DNA from: an uncultured Gammaproteobacteria bacterium
Lineage (GTDB): Bacteria; Patescibacteriota; Patescibacteriia; Patescibacteriales; WJLG01
Length of the DNA stretch: 64,000 nucleotides
Assembly: GCA_964602485.1 (NCBI GenBank)
Contig: CAZRQU010000001.1
Location: forward strand, 52,284-116,283
Reading direction: 5' to 3'
This document shows, in pieces, positions 26,670 through 35,528 of the stretch. Both the position numbers and the translations under genes were made by a program. The notes under the pieces are model-generated. The model did not search any database, was not told the DNA's origin, and saw nothing but the letters and a program-made list of their open reading frames with translations. Each line of letters opens with the position of its first letter. The stretch's first letter is position 1.

Positions 26670-28445
26670 ATGCCAGATGCAAAAGAAAATTTATTGGATC
26701 TCTTGTTGGAGCACAAGATAATAAATGAAAAACAGTATAAGGATATAGCTGGAAAGGCCAAAAAGAGCAACAGAAAAGTGGAGGATATATTGGTGGAGAG
26801 GGATATAATGAACATAGAAGAGGTGGTGAGGTTCAAGGCCAGAATATACAACATTCCTTATCAGTACATAGAAGAGAGCAAAATAACAGAAGAGGCTTTG
26901 AATGTTATTCCTTTTGAGGTGGCCAAGAATTATTCCATAGCCTGCTTTGAAAAGACTGATAACAAGATCAAAGTGGGAATGATAGATCCTTATAATTCAA
27001 AGGCTATAGAAGCTGTTAATTTTTTGGTCAAGGAACAGGGGTTGGTAGCTGAGTTCTACCTGATATCAAAGGATAGTTTGAAGAAAATATTCGATCGTTA
27101 CGGCAATCTGGAAAAAGAGATATCGAGTGCCTTGGAGTCCAAGGCGCAAGAAGAGCATAAAGACACTAAAAAAGAAGAAGGATCGGAGGATGTGGAATTA
27201 TTTTCTTCGGGCGAGGACATATCAGAAGCTCCGGTGGCCAGGATAGTTTCGGTGATAATCAGGCATGCGGTAGAAGAAAACGCCAGTGATATACATATAG
27301 AGCCAATGCAAAAGGAAACCAGGGTCCGCTATCGTGTAGATGGTATATTAAGAACATCCTTGGTTCTGCCTAAAAGCATACACAATTCAGTAGTTGGTCG
27401 TGTGAAGGTTTTGGCCAGAATGAAGATAGATGAGACCAGAGTTCCGCAAGACGGCAGGATAAGACTGGTGATAAACAAAAAACAAATAGACTTCAGGGTC
27501 TCGACCATGCCTCTTATGGGTCAAGAGAAGGTAGTGATGAGAATATTGAATCTTGGTAAAGGTATACCTAAATTGGAAGAGCTGGGATTTTCTAGTAATA
27601 ATTTGAGGATAGTCAGTAGGAACATGAAAAAGACCTTCGGACTTTTATTGGTTACCGGGCCTACTGGATCCGGTAAGTCAACTACTTTAGCTTCTGTACT
27701 AAATATACTCAACAAAGAGCAGGTCAACATAGTTACTTTGGAAGATCCTATTGAATATTATGTAAAAGGGGTCAACCAGTCACAAATAAAACCCAATATC
27801 AATTATAGTTTCGCTAATGGGCTAAGGTCGATCTTGCGTCAGGATCCCGATATAATCATGGTCGGTGAGATCCGTGATAAAGAAACGGCCGAATTGAGTG
27901 TTAATGCCGGTTTGACCGGTCATTTCGTTCTTTCCACTTTGCATACCAATAATGCTTTGGATGCCATTCCTCGTCTTCAAGATATGGGGGTGGAACCCTT
28001 TTTGTTAGGGTCGACCTTGAACACTATTATTGCCCAGAGACTGGTAAGAAAAATATGTCCGAACTGTAAAAAAGAGGTCAAAATAGACCCTAATCTCATA
28101 GAAGTGGTCAAAAAGGAACTTAAAGAAGTGCCGGAAGAATTATTACAAGAAAGAACAAGCGGTATATCAGGATTTGATGTGAATAGTCTGGATGAAGCTG
28201 TCTTTTATGAGGGGGAAGGATGTTCTCATTGCGGTAATACCGGCTATAGCGGAAGAACGGCCATTCTTGAGCTTATAGATATAAACGACAATATCAAGGA
28301 GGTGATCATGGATAAGTCCAGATTATTGAAAAAGAAGGATATACAGCAGGATCAGGGCTTCATAACCATGAAACAGGATGGGATAATAAAATGTTTACAA
28401 AGTTTGACCACCATCCAAGAGGTCTTAAGAGTCGTTCAGGAATAA
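26670..28445 (+). CDS. pilB: Type IV pilus assembly (extension) ATPase PilB/GspE family
   Basis: All motifs are canonical: Walker A GPTGSGKST, Asp box LEDPIEY, Walker B DPDIIMVGEIRD, His box TGHFVLSTLHTN, and a tetracysteine CPNC...CSHC. Confidence 0.95.
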   Translation: MPDAKENLLDLLLEHKIINEKQYKDIAGKAKKSNRKVEDILVERDIMNIEEVVRFKARIYNIPYQYIEESKITEEALNVIPFEVAKNYSIACFEKTDNKIKVGMIDPYNSKAIEAVNFLVKEQGLVAEFYLISKDSLKKIFDRYGNLEKEISSALESKAQEEHKDTKKEEGSEDVELFSSGEDISEAPVARIVSVIIRHAVEENASDIHIEPMQKETRVRYRVDGILRTSLVLPKSIHNSVVGRVKVLARMKIDETRVPQDGRIRLVINKKQIDFRVSTMPLMGQEKVVMRILNLGKGIPKLEELGFSSNNLRIVSRNMKKTFGLLLVTGPTGSGKSTTLASVLNILNKEQVNIVTLEDPIEYYVKGVNQSQIKPNINYSFANGLRSILRQDPDIIMVGEIRDKETAELSVNAGLTGHFVLSTLHTNNALDAIPRLQDMGVEPFLLGSTLNTIIAQRLVRKICPNCKKEVKIDPNLIEVVKKELKEVPEELLQERTSGISGFDVNSLDEAVFYEGEGCSHCGNTGYSGRTAILELIDINDNIKEVIMDKSRLLKKKDIQQDQGFITMKQDGIIKCLQSLTTIQEVLRVVQE

Positions 28446-28446
28446 T

Positions 28447-28842
28447 ATGGATAACAAGAAGAGAAAAATATTATTGGTTGAAGATGATCCCTTTTTTATA
28501 GATCTGTATTCTGCTAAACTTAAAAAAGGAGGTTTTGATGTGGCGGTGGCGGATGATGAGAGGGAAGGTTTTGAAAAAGCCATCACCGAGAAGCCGGAGG
28601 TCATTCTTTTGGATATAAGTTTGCCTGAGCATGAGGATTTTTGGTTGTTAAAGAAGATAAAAGACAATAAAAAGACCAAAGATGTGCCCGTGATGGTCTT
28701 GAGTGATCTTACTAATGACAGCGAAATAGCTAAAGCTTTTTCTTTCGGGGCTTGTGATTATCTGGTTAGATCACAGATAGTTTTCAGAGAAGTGATAAAC
28801 AAGATAAATAGTAATATTAAAAAAGAGGATAAAAAGGATTAA
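28447..28842 (+). CDS. Stand-alone response-regulator receiver domain (CheY-like), atypical
   Basis: The LLVEDD acidic pocket and the LLDISLP phospho-acceptor context are present. The conserved Lys of the (Y)xxKP motif reads DYLVRS. Confidence 0.8.
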   Translation: MDNKKRKILLVEDDPFFIDLYSAKLKKGGFDVAVADDEREGFEKAITEKPEVILLDISLPEHEDFWLLKKIKDNKKTKDVPVMVLSDLTNDSEIAKAFSFGACDYLVRSQIVFREVINKINSNIKKEDKKD

Positions 28843-28843
28843 T

Positions 28844-29896
28844 ATGGAAATAAAATCCGCCTTATTAAAAAAAGTGTTGCCGCAAATGGCGCAAAGGAAG
28901 GCCTCTAGTCTTCACCTATCCGTTGGTAGTGCTCCTATGATGAGGATATATGGGAGGTTGGTGTCATTGGATGAAGAGGGGGTTATGAAAAGGGACGATA
29001 TAGAAAAAGTAGTCCAATCCTTCATAAAAGAAGAAGAAGTTTTAGAGTTAAAGAAGAAAAGAGAGGTTCTTATGGTTAAGGATTTTGGAGATGATCTGCG
29101 TTTTCGGGTTAATATTTTTTTCCAAAAGAACAACCTTTCCGTATCTTTTAGTTATATCTCTGAAGAGATAAGGGGTTTGGATAGCTTGGGTTTGCCGGAA
29201 ATATTCAAAAAGAATATAAGCTCCAACTCCGGACTTTTAATAGTTGCCGGGCCGAACGATTCTGGTAGGACTTCCACCATAGCCAGCCTGGTAGAAAAGA
29301 TAAATCTTGAAGAGAAGAAATTCGGCATTACCTTGGAGAAGCCAATAGAAAGATTCTTTGTCAACAAACAGAGTATAATAGATCAAAGGCAGGTGGGTTC
29401 TGATGTTAATTCTTATGTTGATGGCCTTAAACATTGCTTGGAGGAAGATGTTGATTTTGTTTATATAGATGAGATAAAGGATGGATTTGAAGATGCTTTA
29501 CCTTTTATACTTGAACTGTCCTCTGGTAATTGTTTGGTGATAATAGAAGTTAACGGAGAAAGCTCTATTAGAGTATTGGAGAAGATATTGAATACGAATT
29601 GTAGTAATTTTTCACGTGAATCCATACGTTTCTTGTTAGCTGACGTCCTTCTGGGTATAATAGTTCAAAGATTGATCCCTAACCAAAGTGGAGACCTTTC
29701 ACTGGCTATAGAGGCGTTATTATCCAACTTTGCGGTAAAATCTCTTATCAGGGAAGGAAAGATATATCAATTAGAGAGCGTTATCCAGAATTCGGCTGAA
29801 GAGGGAACAGTAAGCATGGAAAAATCCATAAAAGAATTGATAATTTCCGGCAAGGTGGATCCCGGAGAAGTGGAGAATATCAATTTAGAGATATAA
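28844..29896 (+). CDS. PilT-like hexameric ATPase homolog with degenerate catalytic motifs
   Basis: It aligns with PilT without gaps across the ATPase core. Walker A is GPNDSGRTS (canonical GPTGSGKST), the Asp box is LEKPIE (EDPIE) and the His box is SGNCLVIIEVN (TGHLVFGTLHT). Confidence 0.8.
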   Translation: MEIKSALLKKVLPQMAQRKASSLHLSVGSAPMMRIYGRLVSLDEEGVMKRDDIEKVVQSFIKEEEVLELKKKREVLMVKDFGDDLRFRVNIFFQKNNLSVSFSYISEEIRGLDSLGLPEIFKKNISSNSGLLIVAGPNDSGRTSTIASLVEKINLEEKKFGITLEKPIERFFVNKQSIIDQRQVGSDVNSYVDGLKHCLEEDVDFVYIDEIKDGFEDALPFILELSSGNCLVIIEVNGESSIRVLEKILNTNCSNFSRESIRFLLADVLLGIIVQRLIPNQSGDLSLAIEALLSNFAVKSLIREGKIYQLESVIQNSAEEGTVSMEKSIKELIISGKVDPGEVENINLEI

Positions 29897-29899
29897 TTT

Positions 29900-31105
29900 A
29901 TGCCAATATTCAGTTATAAAGCTTTAGATTTTCGCGGAAAAAAGGTCCAAGGGATGGTCAATGGCTTCAACAGAAGCGCGGCCGCGGAAGCCTTGAGCGA
30001 AAGAGGATATGAGGTCCAGTCTATCACTGATAAGACGGATAGTTTGGAATTGAAGATACTGATGATGATCAATCCGGTGAAGACCAAAGATCTGGTGATC
30101 TTTTCCAGACAATTTTCGGTAATGATATCTGCTAATTTAGCCTTGGTGCAATCTTTAAAGATAGTGGCTGAGCAAACAGAGAACATAACTCTAAAATCAG
30201 TGATTTCCGAAGTGGCTTATGAAGTTGATAGCGGGGCATCATTGTCCAGTGCTTTGGCGAAAAGATCCAAGATCTTTTCGGATTTCTATGTGAATGTCGT
30301 TAAGTCAGGTGAGACTTCAGGTAAATTGGATGAGGTTTTGACCTATTTGGCAGACGAAATGGAAAAGGATCATGATATGATAAGCCAGATCAAGGGAGCT
30401 ATGATATATCCGGCTTTCGTTCTTTTTGGGTTGACTGTCGTTGGTGCCATAATGATGATAGTTGTAGTCCCTAAGTTAACTGATATATTGGAACAAACCG
30501 GAGGCGATCTGCCAATGACCACTCAGATAGTGATGGCTATATCAGGGTTTTTGGTGAATTATTGGGTGTTGTGTTTGATCTTGTTGATAGCGGCTATAAT
30601 AGGCTTGAGATTTTATATAGCCACAGATCAAGGAAAAAGGTATTTTGATATGATAAAATTGAGATTGCCTGTTTTTGGTAAGTTGTTCAGGCATATCTAT
30701 ATGGTTCGTTTCACCAGATCCATGGACACTTTGATCTCAGGAGGGGTTAATATAACCAGAGGACTTGAGATAGTTGCTGACGTTATAGGTAACGAGGTTT
30801 ACAGGGATATAATCAAAAAGAGTGTCAAAGAGGTCAAAGAAGGTAATCCTTTGTCTTCCGTGTTCGAGAATAGCAGGGAGGTTCCCAGAATGATACCGCA
30901 AATGATAAATGTGGGTGAAAAGACCGGTAAGTTAGATCTGGTCCTAAGGAAGATATCCGATTTTTATACCAGGGAGATCAATAATACTTTGGACAATTTG
31001 GTTACTTTGTTGGAGCCAACTATCATGATAGTCATGGGTGTGGCCGTAGGTGTTATGGTGGCAGCTATAATTATGCCTATGTATAATTTAGCTAGTCAAT
31101 TCTAG
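29900..31105 (+). CDS. pilC: Type IV pilus platform protein PilC (GspF family)
   Basis: 401 aa with a duplicated GspF domain, three TM segments, and the N-terminus MPIFSYKALD..G. Confidence 0.93.
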   Translation: MPIFSYKALDFRGKKVQGMVNGFNRSAAAEALSERGYEVQSITDKTDSLELKILMMINPVKTKDLVIFSRQFSVMISANLALVQSLKIVAEQTENITLKSVISEVAYEVDSGASLSSALAKRSKIFSDFYVNVVKSGETSGKLDEVLTYLADEMEKDHDMISQIKGAMIYPAFVLFGLTVVGAIMMIVVVPKLTDILEQTGGDLPMTTQIVMAISGFLVNYWVLCLILLIAAIIGLRFYIATDQGKRYFDMIKLRLPVFGKLFRHIYMVRFTRSMDTLISGGVNITRGLEIVADVIGNEVYRDIIKKSVKEVKEGNPLSSVFENSREVPRMIPQMINVGEKTGKLDLVLRKISDFYTREINNTLDNLVTLLEPTIMIVMGVAVGVMVAAIIMPMYNLASQF

Positions 31106-31154
31106 ATAGTCGGTCTTTGCACTTTTTGTATGTTGATCATCTCAGGTACATCGT

Positions 31155-31649
31155 ATGTCAATATTGATAGATCCTTTTAATAAGGATAAAAATAAAAAAG
31201 AAGGCGTTTCTATGAGAATGAAAAGTATAGCGATAGTTATAGTTGCCTTTATAGTTGTTCTGGGTCTTTCCTTTTTTTGGCAAAATTCAGATAGTAATAA
31301 AAGGGATAGAACTAGGTTAAACGACCTAAAAGAGGTGAGGGAAGCCTTATTCTTCTACTATAATGAGAATGGATACTATCCTTCTTCGATATCAGATTGG
31401 AACACGGACAGGCTCGATTATGGGGCCGACCCTAGGACGGGTTCCAGTGATTATGATAATTTAGCCTCTTTAATATCTCACAGAATATCAAAACTGCCCA
31501 AGGATCCGCTGAATAAGGCCAATAGTCCGACTGTGAACAAGAAATATCTTTATCGTTATGTTTCCAGTCCAGATGGTCAAAATTTCGCTATTATATATGA
31601 AACAGAAGAGCCTAACGATGAATCTCCTATGATCATGGAGGGATGGTAG
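31155..31649 (+). CDS. Pilin-like protein lacking a class III (prepilin) signal
   Basis: NKRDRTRLNDLKEVREALFFYYNENGYYP parallels [30 protein letters not shown] in PilA. The N-terminus is an ordinary hydrophobic helix with no G/FTLIE motif. Confidence 0.5.
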   Translation: MSILIDPFNKDKNKKEGVSMRMKSIAIVIVAFIVVLGLSFFWQNSDSNKRDRTRLNDLKEVREALFFYYNENGYYPSSISDWNTDRLDYGADPRTGSSDYDNLASLISHRISKLPKDPLNKANSPTVNKKYLYRYVSSPDGQNFAIIYETEEPNDESPMIMEGW

Positions 31650-31699
31650 CCAAAAAAAACAAGAGGTGAGCGAATAGTGGGTATTTATAGGTGTAAGTG

Positions 31700-31728
31700 T
31701 TGTTTGCTTTTAGCTTGTGTGTTATAAT
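31700..31728 (+). promoter_or_regulatory. Sigma70-type promoter for pilA (TTGTTT - 17 nt - TGtTATAAT)
   Basis: Extended -10 at 31720-31728. It shares TGTGTTATAATTAT with the pilM promoter. The leader is about 85 nt and ends in the strong SD GAGGAGGTG. Confidence 0.55.
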
Positions 31729-31818
31729 TATAATATACAAATAATTATTTATCTAAACCCCCATGTTCCACGTTAGCGAATATGAGCTGATGTGGATATG
31801 AGAGAGAGGAGGTGAGCT

Positions 31819-32253
31819 ATGAACAAAAAAGGTTTTACTTTGATCGAATTGCTGGTCGTTATCGCTATTATAGGTATATTGTCGACGCTTTCCGTAATAG
31901 CCCTTAATAACGCTAGGCAAAAATCAAGAGACGCTAGGCGGGTAGCTGACATGAAGCAGGTACAAACCGCTTTAGAGCTTTACTACAATGATGAGAATGG
32001 TTATCCGGGAACTGTCACTTTTAACGGAACGTCAGCTATTGTTGGCCCGACCAACTCCACTACCTATATGGCTGTGGTCCCGCAAAATCCCCAGCCGTGG
32101 GATGATGGGAGTTGCGGTAACTCCAACTATGTCTATAACGCTTCTTCCACAGGAGCTAGCTCTTATTATATAGACTATTGTTTGGGTAGCGACACCGGAG
32201 GAATTGGTGCTGGAGACCATAATGCCACACCAGCAGGAATAGCAGATCCATAA
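31819..32253 (+). CDS. pilA: Type IV major pilin (prepilin with N-terminal methylation motif)
   Basis: [21 protein letters not shown] is a canonical class III signal. A GGAGG SD lies 7 nt upstream. Confidence 0.92.
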   Translation: MNKKGFTLIELLVVIAIIGILSTLSVIALNNARQKSRDARRVADMKQVQTALELYYNDENGYPGTVTFNGTSAIVGPTNSTTYMAVVPQNPQPWDDGSCGNSNYVYNASSTGASSYYIDYCLGSDTGGIGAGDHNATPAGIADP

Positions 32254-32286
32254 AATTCTTAAAAGGCCTGTTAAGAAATTTTTAAG

Positions 32287-32313
32287 GAAGCGGTTTATCC
32301 CGCTTCTTTTTTT
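32287..32313 (+). terminator. Rho-independent terminator after pilA
   Basis: GAAGCGG-tttatc-CCGCTTC followed by T7. Confidence 0.8.
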
Positions 32314-32408
32314 ATATTGAGAGTTCATATTCTTGTAGAGTTATAAGATGTTAATTTTGTATTTTTTAAACCAAATTAACTATTAGAACTTTGTTTGCTT
32401 GATAATTG

Positions 32409-32417
32409 TGATATAAT
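32409..32417 (+). promoter_or_regulatory. Extended -10 element TGaTATAAT ending 8 nt before the ATG at 32426
   Basis: Read directly. The spacing implies a leaderless or near-leaderless mRNA if the element is used. Confidence 0.35.
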
Positions 32418-32425
32418 TTTAATAT

Positions 32426-34498
32426 ATGGATGATCTAAAGGAAAAAACAGTAAGGGCTAGCGATCATTTGACGGAGTTCTTATTTTTATCCGTTGTTTTT
32501 ATATTGCCTTTGGCATTTTCTTGTTTTTTTTGGAACTTTGATGTTTTTGGGTTATTCAAGACATCTATTTTTAGAGGTTTTTCATCCTTGGTTATCTTGT
32601 CTTTTTTGTTCAATGTCTTGGTTAAAGGGAGGTTAAGGTCCATAAAAAATAAGGGAGCGGTCTTATTTTCATTCTTTTTGTCATTGTCTTTTCTTCTCTC
32701 AACTGTCTTTTCAGTAGATCCTATTGTTTCGTTTTGGGGTGTTTATGGTAAATATCAGGGGTTTTATACCTTAATATCTTATATAGTATTATTTTTATTT
32801 TTACTTGTTTGGCTTAAAGGGCATGGGCAGATAAAAAGGATAATAATAACAACAGTGATATCGTCTTTGTTGGTTTGTGTTTATGGCCTGATCCAATTGT
32901 TTGGTTGGGATATTGCTCCTTGGAAAGAAGCAGCAGAAGATACGGGCAGGATATTTTCTACTATGGGGCAGCCGAATTTTTTAGGACATTTTTTGGCAAT
33001 GATGATCCCTTTGACCGTTTATTATGCTTTTTTTGAGGTAGGGAAAGCGAGTTTGCGCCTACCGCTGTTGGTATTATCTATCCTGCAGCTGGTTTGCCTT
33101 TTTTTTACTTATAGTCGGGCGGCCTGGGTGGCCTTATTGTTGTCAGGTTTGTTATTTTTGGTCCTTTATCTTTATTTAAAAAAGGGACGGCGGGCAGGCA
33201 GTATATCCGTTATTGTTATATTTGTCTTGTTAGCGTCCTTAGTATCTGTTATCGCATTTGAAATTTTGCCTGAACCAAGAACTAGTGATCCTTTGTTAAA
33301 GAAAAAGGTTCTAGGTCTTTTTGATATTGATTCCGGATCAATAGGCTCAAGAACTGGTTACTGGAAAGCTTCCATAGAAGAGATATCAGAGGCATCTTTT
33401 CCAAGAAAGGTTTTTGGATATGGACCTGATGCTATAAGCGATGTGTTCTTTAGAAGATATGAAAGTTCTTGGTCTATCAGCGAAAGACTGGGAAGATTCC
33501 CTCAAAGGGCTCATAATTCCTTTTTGGACAATGTTTTGCAATTCGGTTTTTTTGGCTTGGCCGTTTGGGCGATCTTTGCTTTGTACATCATTAGAAGGAT
33601 ACTCCGTTATTTAAAAGAAAAGAAAGGGGACAGGTATTATGCGCTGGTTCTTGCTTTATCTTTTTGCCTGGCGGTTAATTTTTTCAATGGTCTTTTTAGT
33701 TTCTCTCTGGTCGTTAATAGCGTTTATTTTTATTTGTTGCTTGGCTTATTGTTTTATTGTCTGGATAATGACGGAGAAGACAGGGTTTGGAATATCTCTT
33801 GGCCTAATTGGCTTAGAGTTGTGGTTGTTTTTCTTTTTTTAATCCTTTTTTCCACAATGGTCTTTTACCATGATATCCGCCCTTTGAAAGCAGACCACCA
33901 TTATATGCTTTCTATAAAATTCGATAATAAGAAAGATCATTTTCGATCTTGGTATCATATGCGACAAGCAGTCATTCTTGATCCTGATAATAAGCATTAT
34001 CTGTACAGTTTTTTTTCTAAGTCAGTAGAGAACTTAAAAAGGATGGAAGCGGGCGATATGAGAGATGAGGTCGCTCAGGCTGTTTCTTTCTTGACCGATG
34101 GTTTTTCAACCGAGTATAAGGATCTAAGATACTCCTTGAGCTTAGCGGCAGCCAAAAGTGTTCTTGGCTATTATGGTTATATCGATAAACAAGAGGCTGA
34201 TTTGGAATATATAAAGTTAATGGATAGGTATTCTGAGGTTAGCGCTGTTTATAAATATTATGGATTTTTCAATATTAAGATAGGAGAGTATCTTAAGGCT
34301 ATCGATGCTTTAGAAAATGGTATTGACCTTCTACCCCCCTTGAGTGAATTGGAGCAAGATACCGAACGAAAACAGGCCGTGGTTTCCGAGCTGGTTGATA
34401 TGTATGAAGGACTGGTTAAGGCCTATGAGAATGTGGGAGAGCAGGAGAGGGCAGATGATTACGATAGAAAGAAAAGATCATTGATAGATGATCTTTAG
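32426..34498 (+). CDS. O-antigen ligase / Wzy_C-family polytopic membrane protein with a C-terminal TPR-like domain
   Basis: Contains YSRAAWVALLLSG and a periplasmic loop with RAHNSFLDNVLQFGFFGL, typical of Wzy_C (WaaL/PglL/TfpO). About 12 TM segments and about 200 aa of helical repeats. Confidence 0.72.
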   Translation: MDDLKEKTVRASDHLTEFLFLSVVFILPLAFSCFFWNFDVFGLFKTSIFRGFSSLVILSFLFNVLVKGRLRSIKNKGAVLFSFFLSLSFLLSTVFSVDPIVSFWGVYGKYQGFYTLISYIVLFLFLLVWLKGHGQIKRIIITTVISSLLVCVYGLIQLFGWDIAPWKEAAEDTGRIFSTMGQPNFLGHFLAMMIPLTVYYAFFEVGKASLRLPLLVLSILQLVCLFFTYSRAAWVALLLSGLLFLVLYLYLKKGRRAGSISVIVIFVLLASLVSVIAFEILPEPRTSDPLLKKKVLGLFDIDSGSIGSRTGYWKASIEEISEASFPRKVFGYGPDAISDVFFRRYESSWSISERLGRFPQRAHNSFLDNVLQFGFFGLAVWAIFALYIIRRILRYLKEKKGDRYYALVLALSFCLAVNFFNGLFSFSLVVNSVYFYLLLGLLFYCLDNDGEDRVWNISWPNWLRVVVVFLFLILFSTMVFYHDIRPLKADHHYMLSIKFDNKKDHFRSWYHMRQAVILDPDNKHYLYSFFSKSVENLKRMEAGDMRDEVAQAVSFLTDGFSTEYKDLRYSLSLAAAKSVLGYYGYIDKQEADLEYIKLMDRYSEVSAVYKYYGFFNIKIGEYLKAIDALENGIDLLPPLSELEQDTERKQAVVSELVDMYEGLVKAYENVGEQERADDYDRKKRSLIDDL

Positions 34499-34516
34499 AG
34501 AGGGCGAATAAGGACA

Positions 34517-35407
34517 ATGTTTAGCTTGTACAAATTTTTTAGACACTTTATGGATAAAAAAAATGTAAAATATAATATCTCTGCTTGTGTGGTGGTTTGT
34601 AATGAGGAAGAGGTCATAACCAGATGTCTTGAGAGTATAAAAGAAGTAGTGGATGAGATAAACATTCTTCATGATGGCCCATGTTCTGATAAGACTATTG
34701 AAATAGCTCGTCGGTATACTGATAATATATATATGATGGAGAAGAAAGGTTCAGCTCAGCCTCATCGAGCTTATAGCTACGAGATATCAGCTGGACCCTG
34801 GATACTGCAGATCGATGCCGATGAATTTTTGAGCGTTGAAGCGATCGATGATCTTAGGCAATTGACCAAGAATGATAGGGTAAGCGCTTATGAATTATTG
34901 TGGCCTTTGTGGGATGGGCAAAAGCGTTTATCTAGCCAGTGGCCTTATAAGCTTTGTTTGTTCAAGAAAGATGATATATCTTATATAGGGCTTCCTCATT
35001 TCAAGCCTTTAGTAAAAGGAAGGGTAGAGAGGCAGGGGGTTGTGCTAGAACATAGGCCGCGATATAATAATTTCAGTCGAGAGAAATTCTTTGAAAAATG
35101 GTTATCTTGGGCCAGATTGCATGCCCGGTCCTACCTAAAGGATTTTTCCCAAATACCCAAATTCAATTACTCGGGAAATGATTGGCCTTCCAAGATGGCT
35201 CTTAGGAGACGTTTCCCTTTACTCCTTATACCTTTTGAGTTTCTTATCACCTTCATTAAGGATGTAAGGGTTTTACCTTTGAGACATCTGTTGATATCTT
35301 TGAAAGTAGCCTTTATGTATGCTTGTTATCGAGTAGCTGTCAATTATTATGTATTCAAATATAAAAATATCGATCGTTTTAGCTTAAAGTCCGAAGATCG
35401 AAGCTGA
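34517..35407 (+). CDS. Glycosyltransferase family 2
   Basis: Contains ISACVVVCNEE, a DG.SDKT region and QIDADEF (DxD), the GT2 pattern. Confidence 0.82.
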   Translation: MFSLYKFFRHFMDKKNVKYNISACVVVCNEEEVITRCLESIKEVVDEINILHDGPCSDKTIEIARRYTDNIYMMEKKGSAQPHRAYSYEISAGPWILQIDADEFLSVEAIDDLRQLTKNDRVSAYELLWPLWDGQKRLSSQWPYKLCLFKKDDISYIGLPHFKPLVKGRVERQGVVLEHRPRYNNFSREKFFEKWLSWARLHARSYLKDFSQIPKFNYSGNDWPSKMALRRRFPLLLIPFEFLITFIKDVRVLPLRHLLISLKVAFMYACYRVAVNYYVFKYKNIDRFSLKSEDRS

Positions 35408-35528
35408 CTGCTTTTTTAAAGAATAGGATTTCCGATCCAATATTGGAATTTTTGATCGTAAAATAGGTGTTTGCAATATGTATAAAAAATTTGAACACTT
35501 CGTTAAATAAGATCAAAGTAATTTTTTT

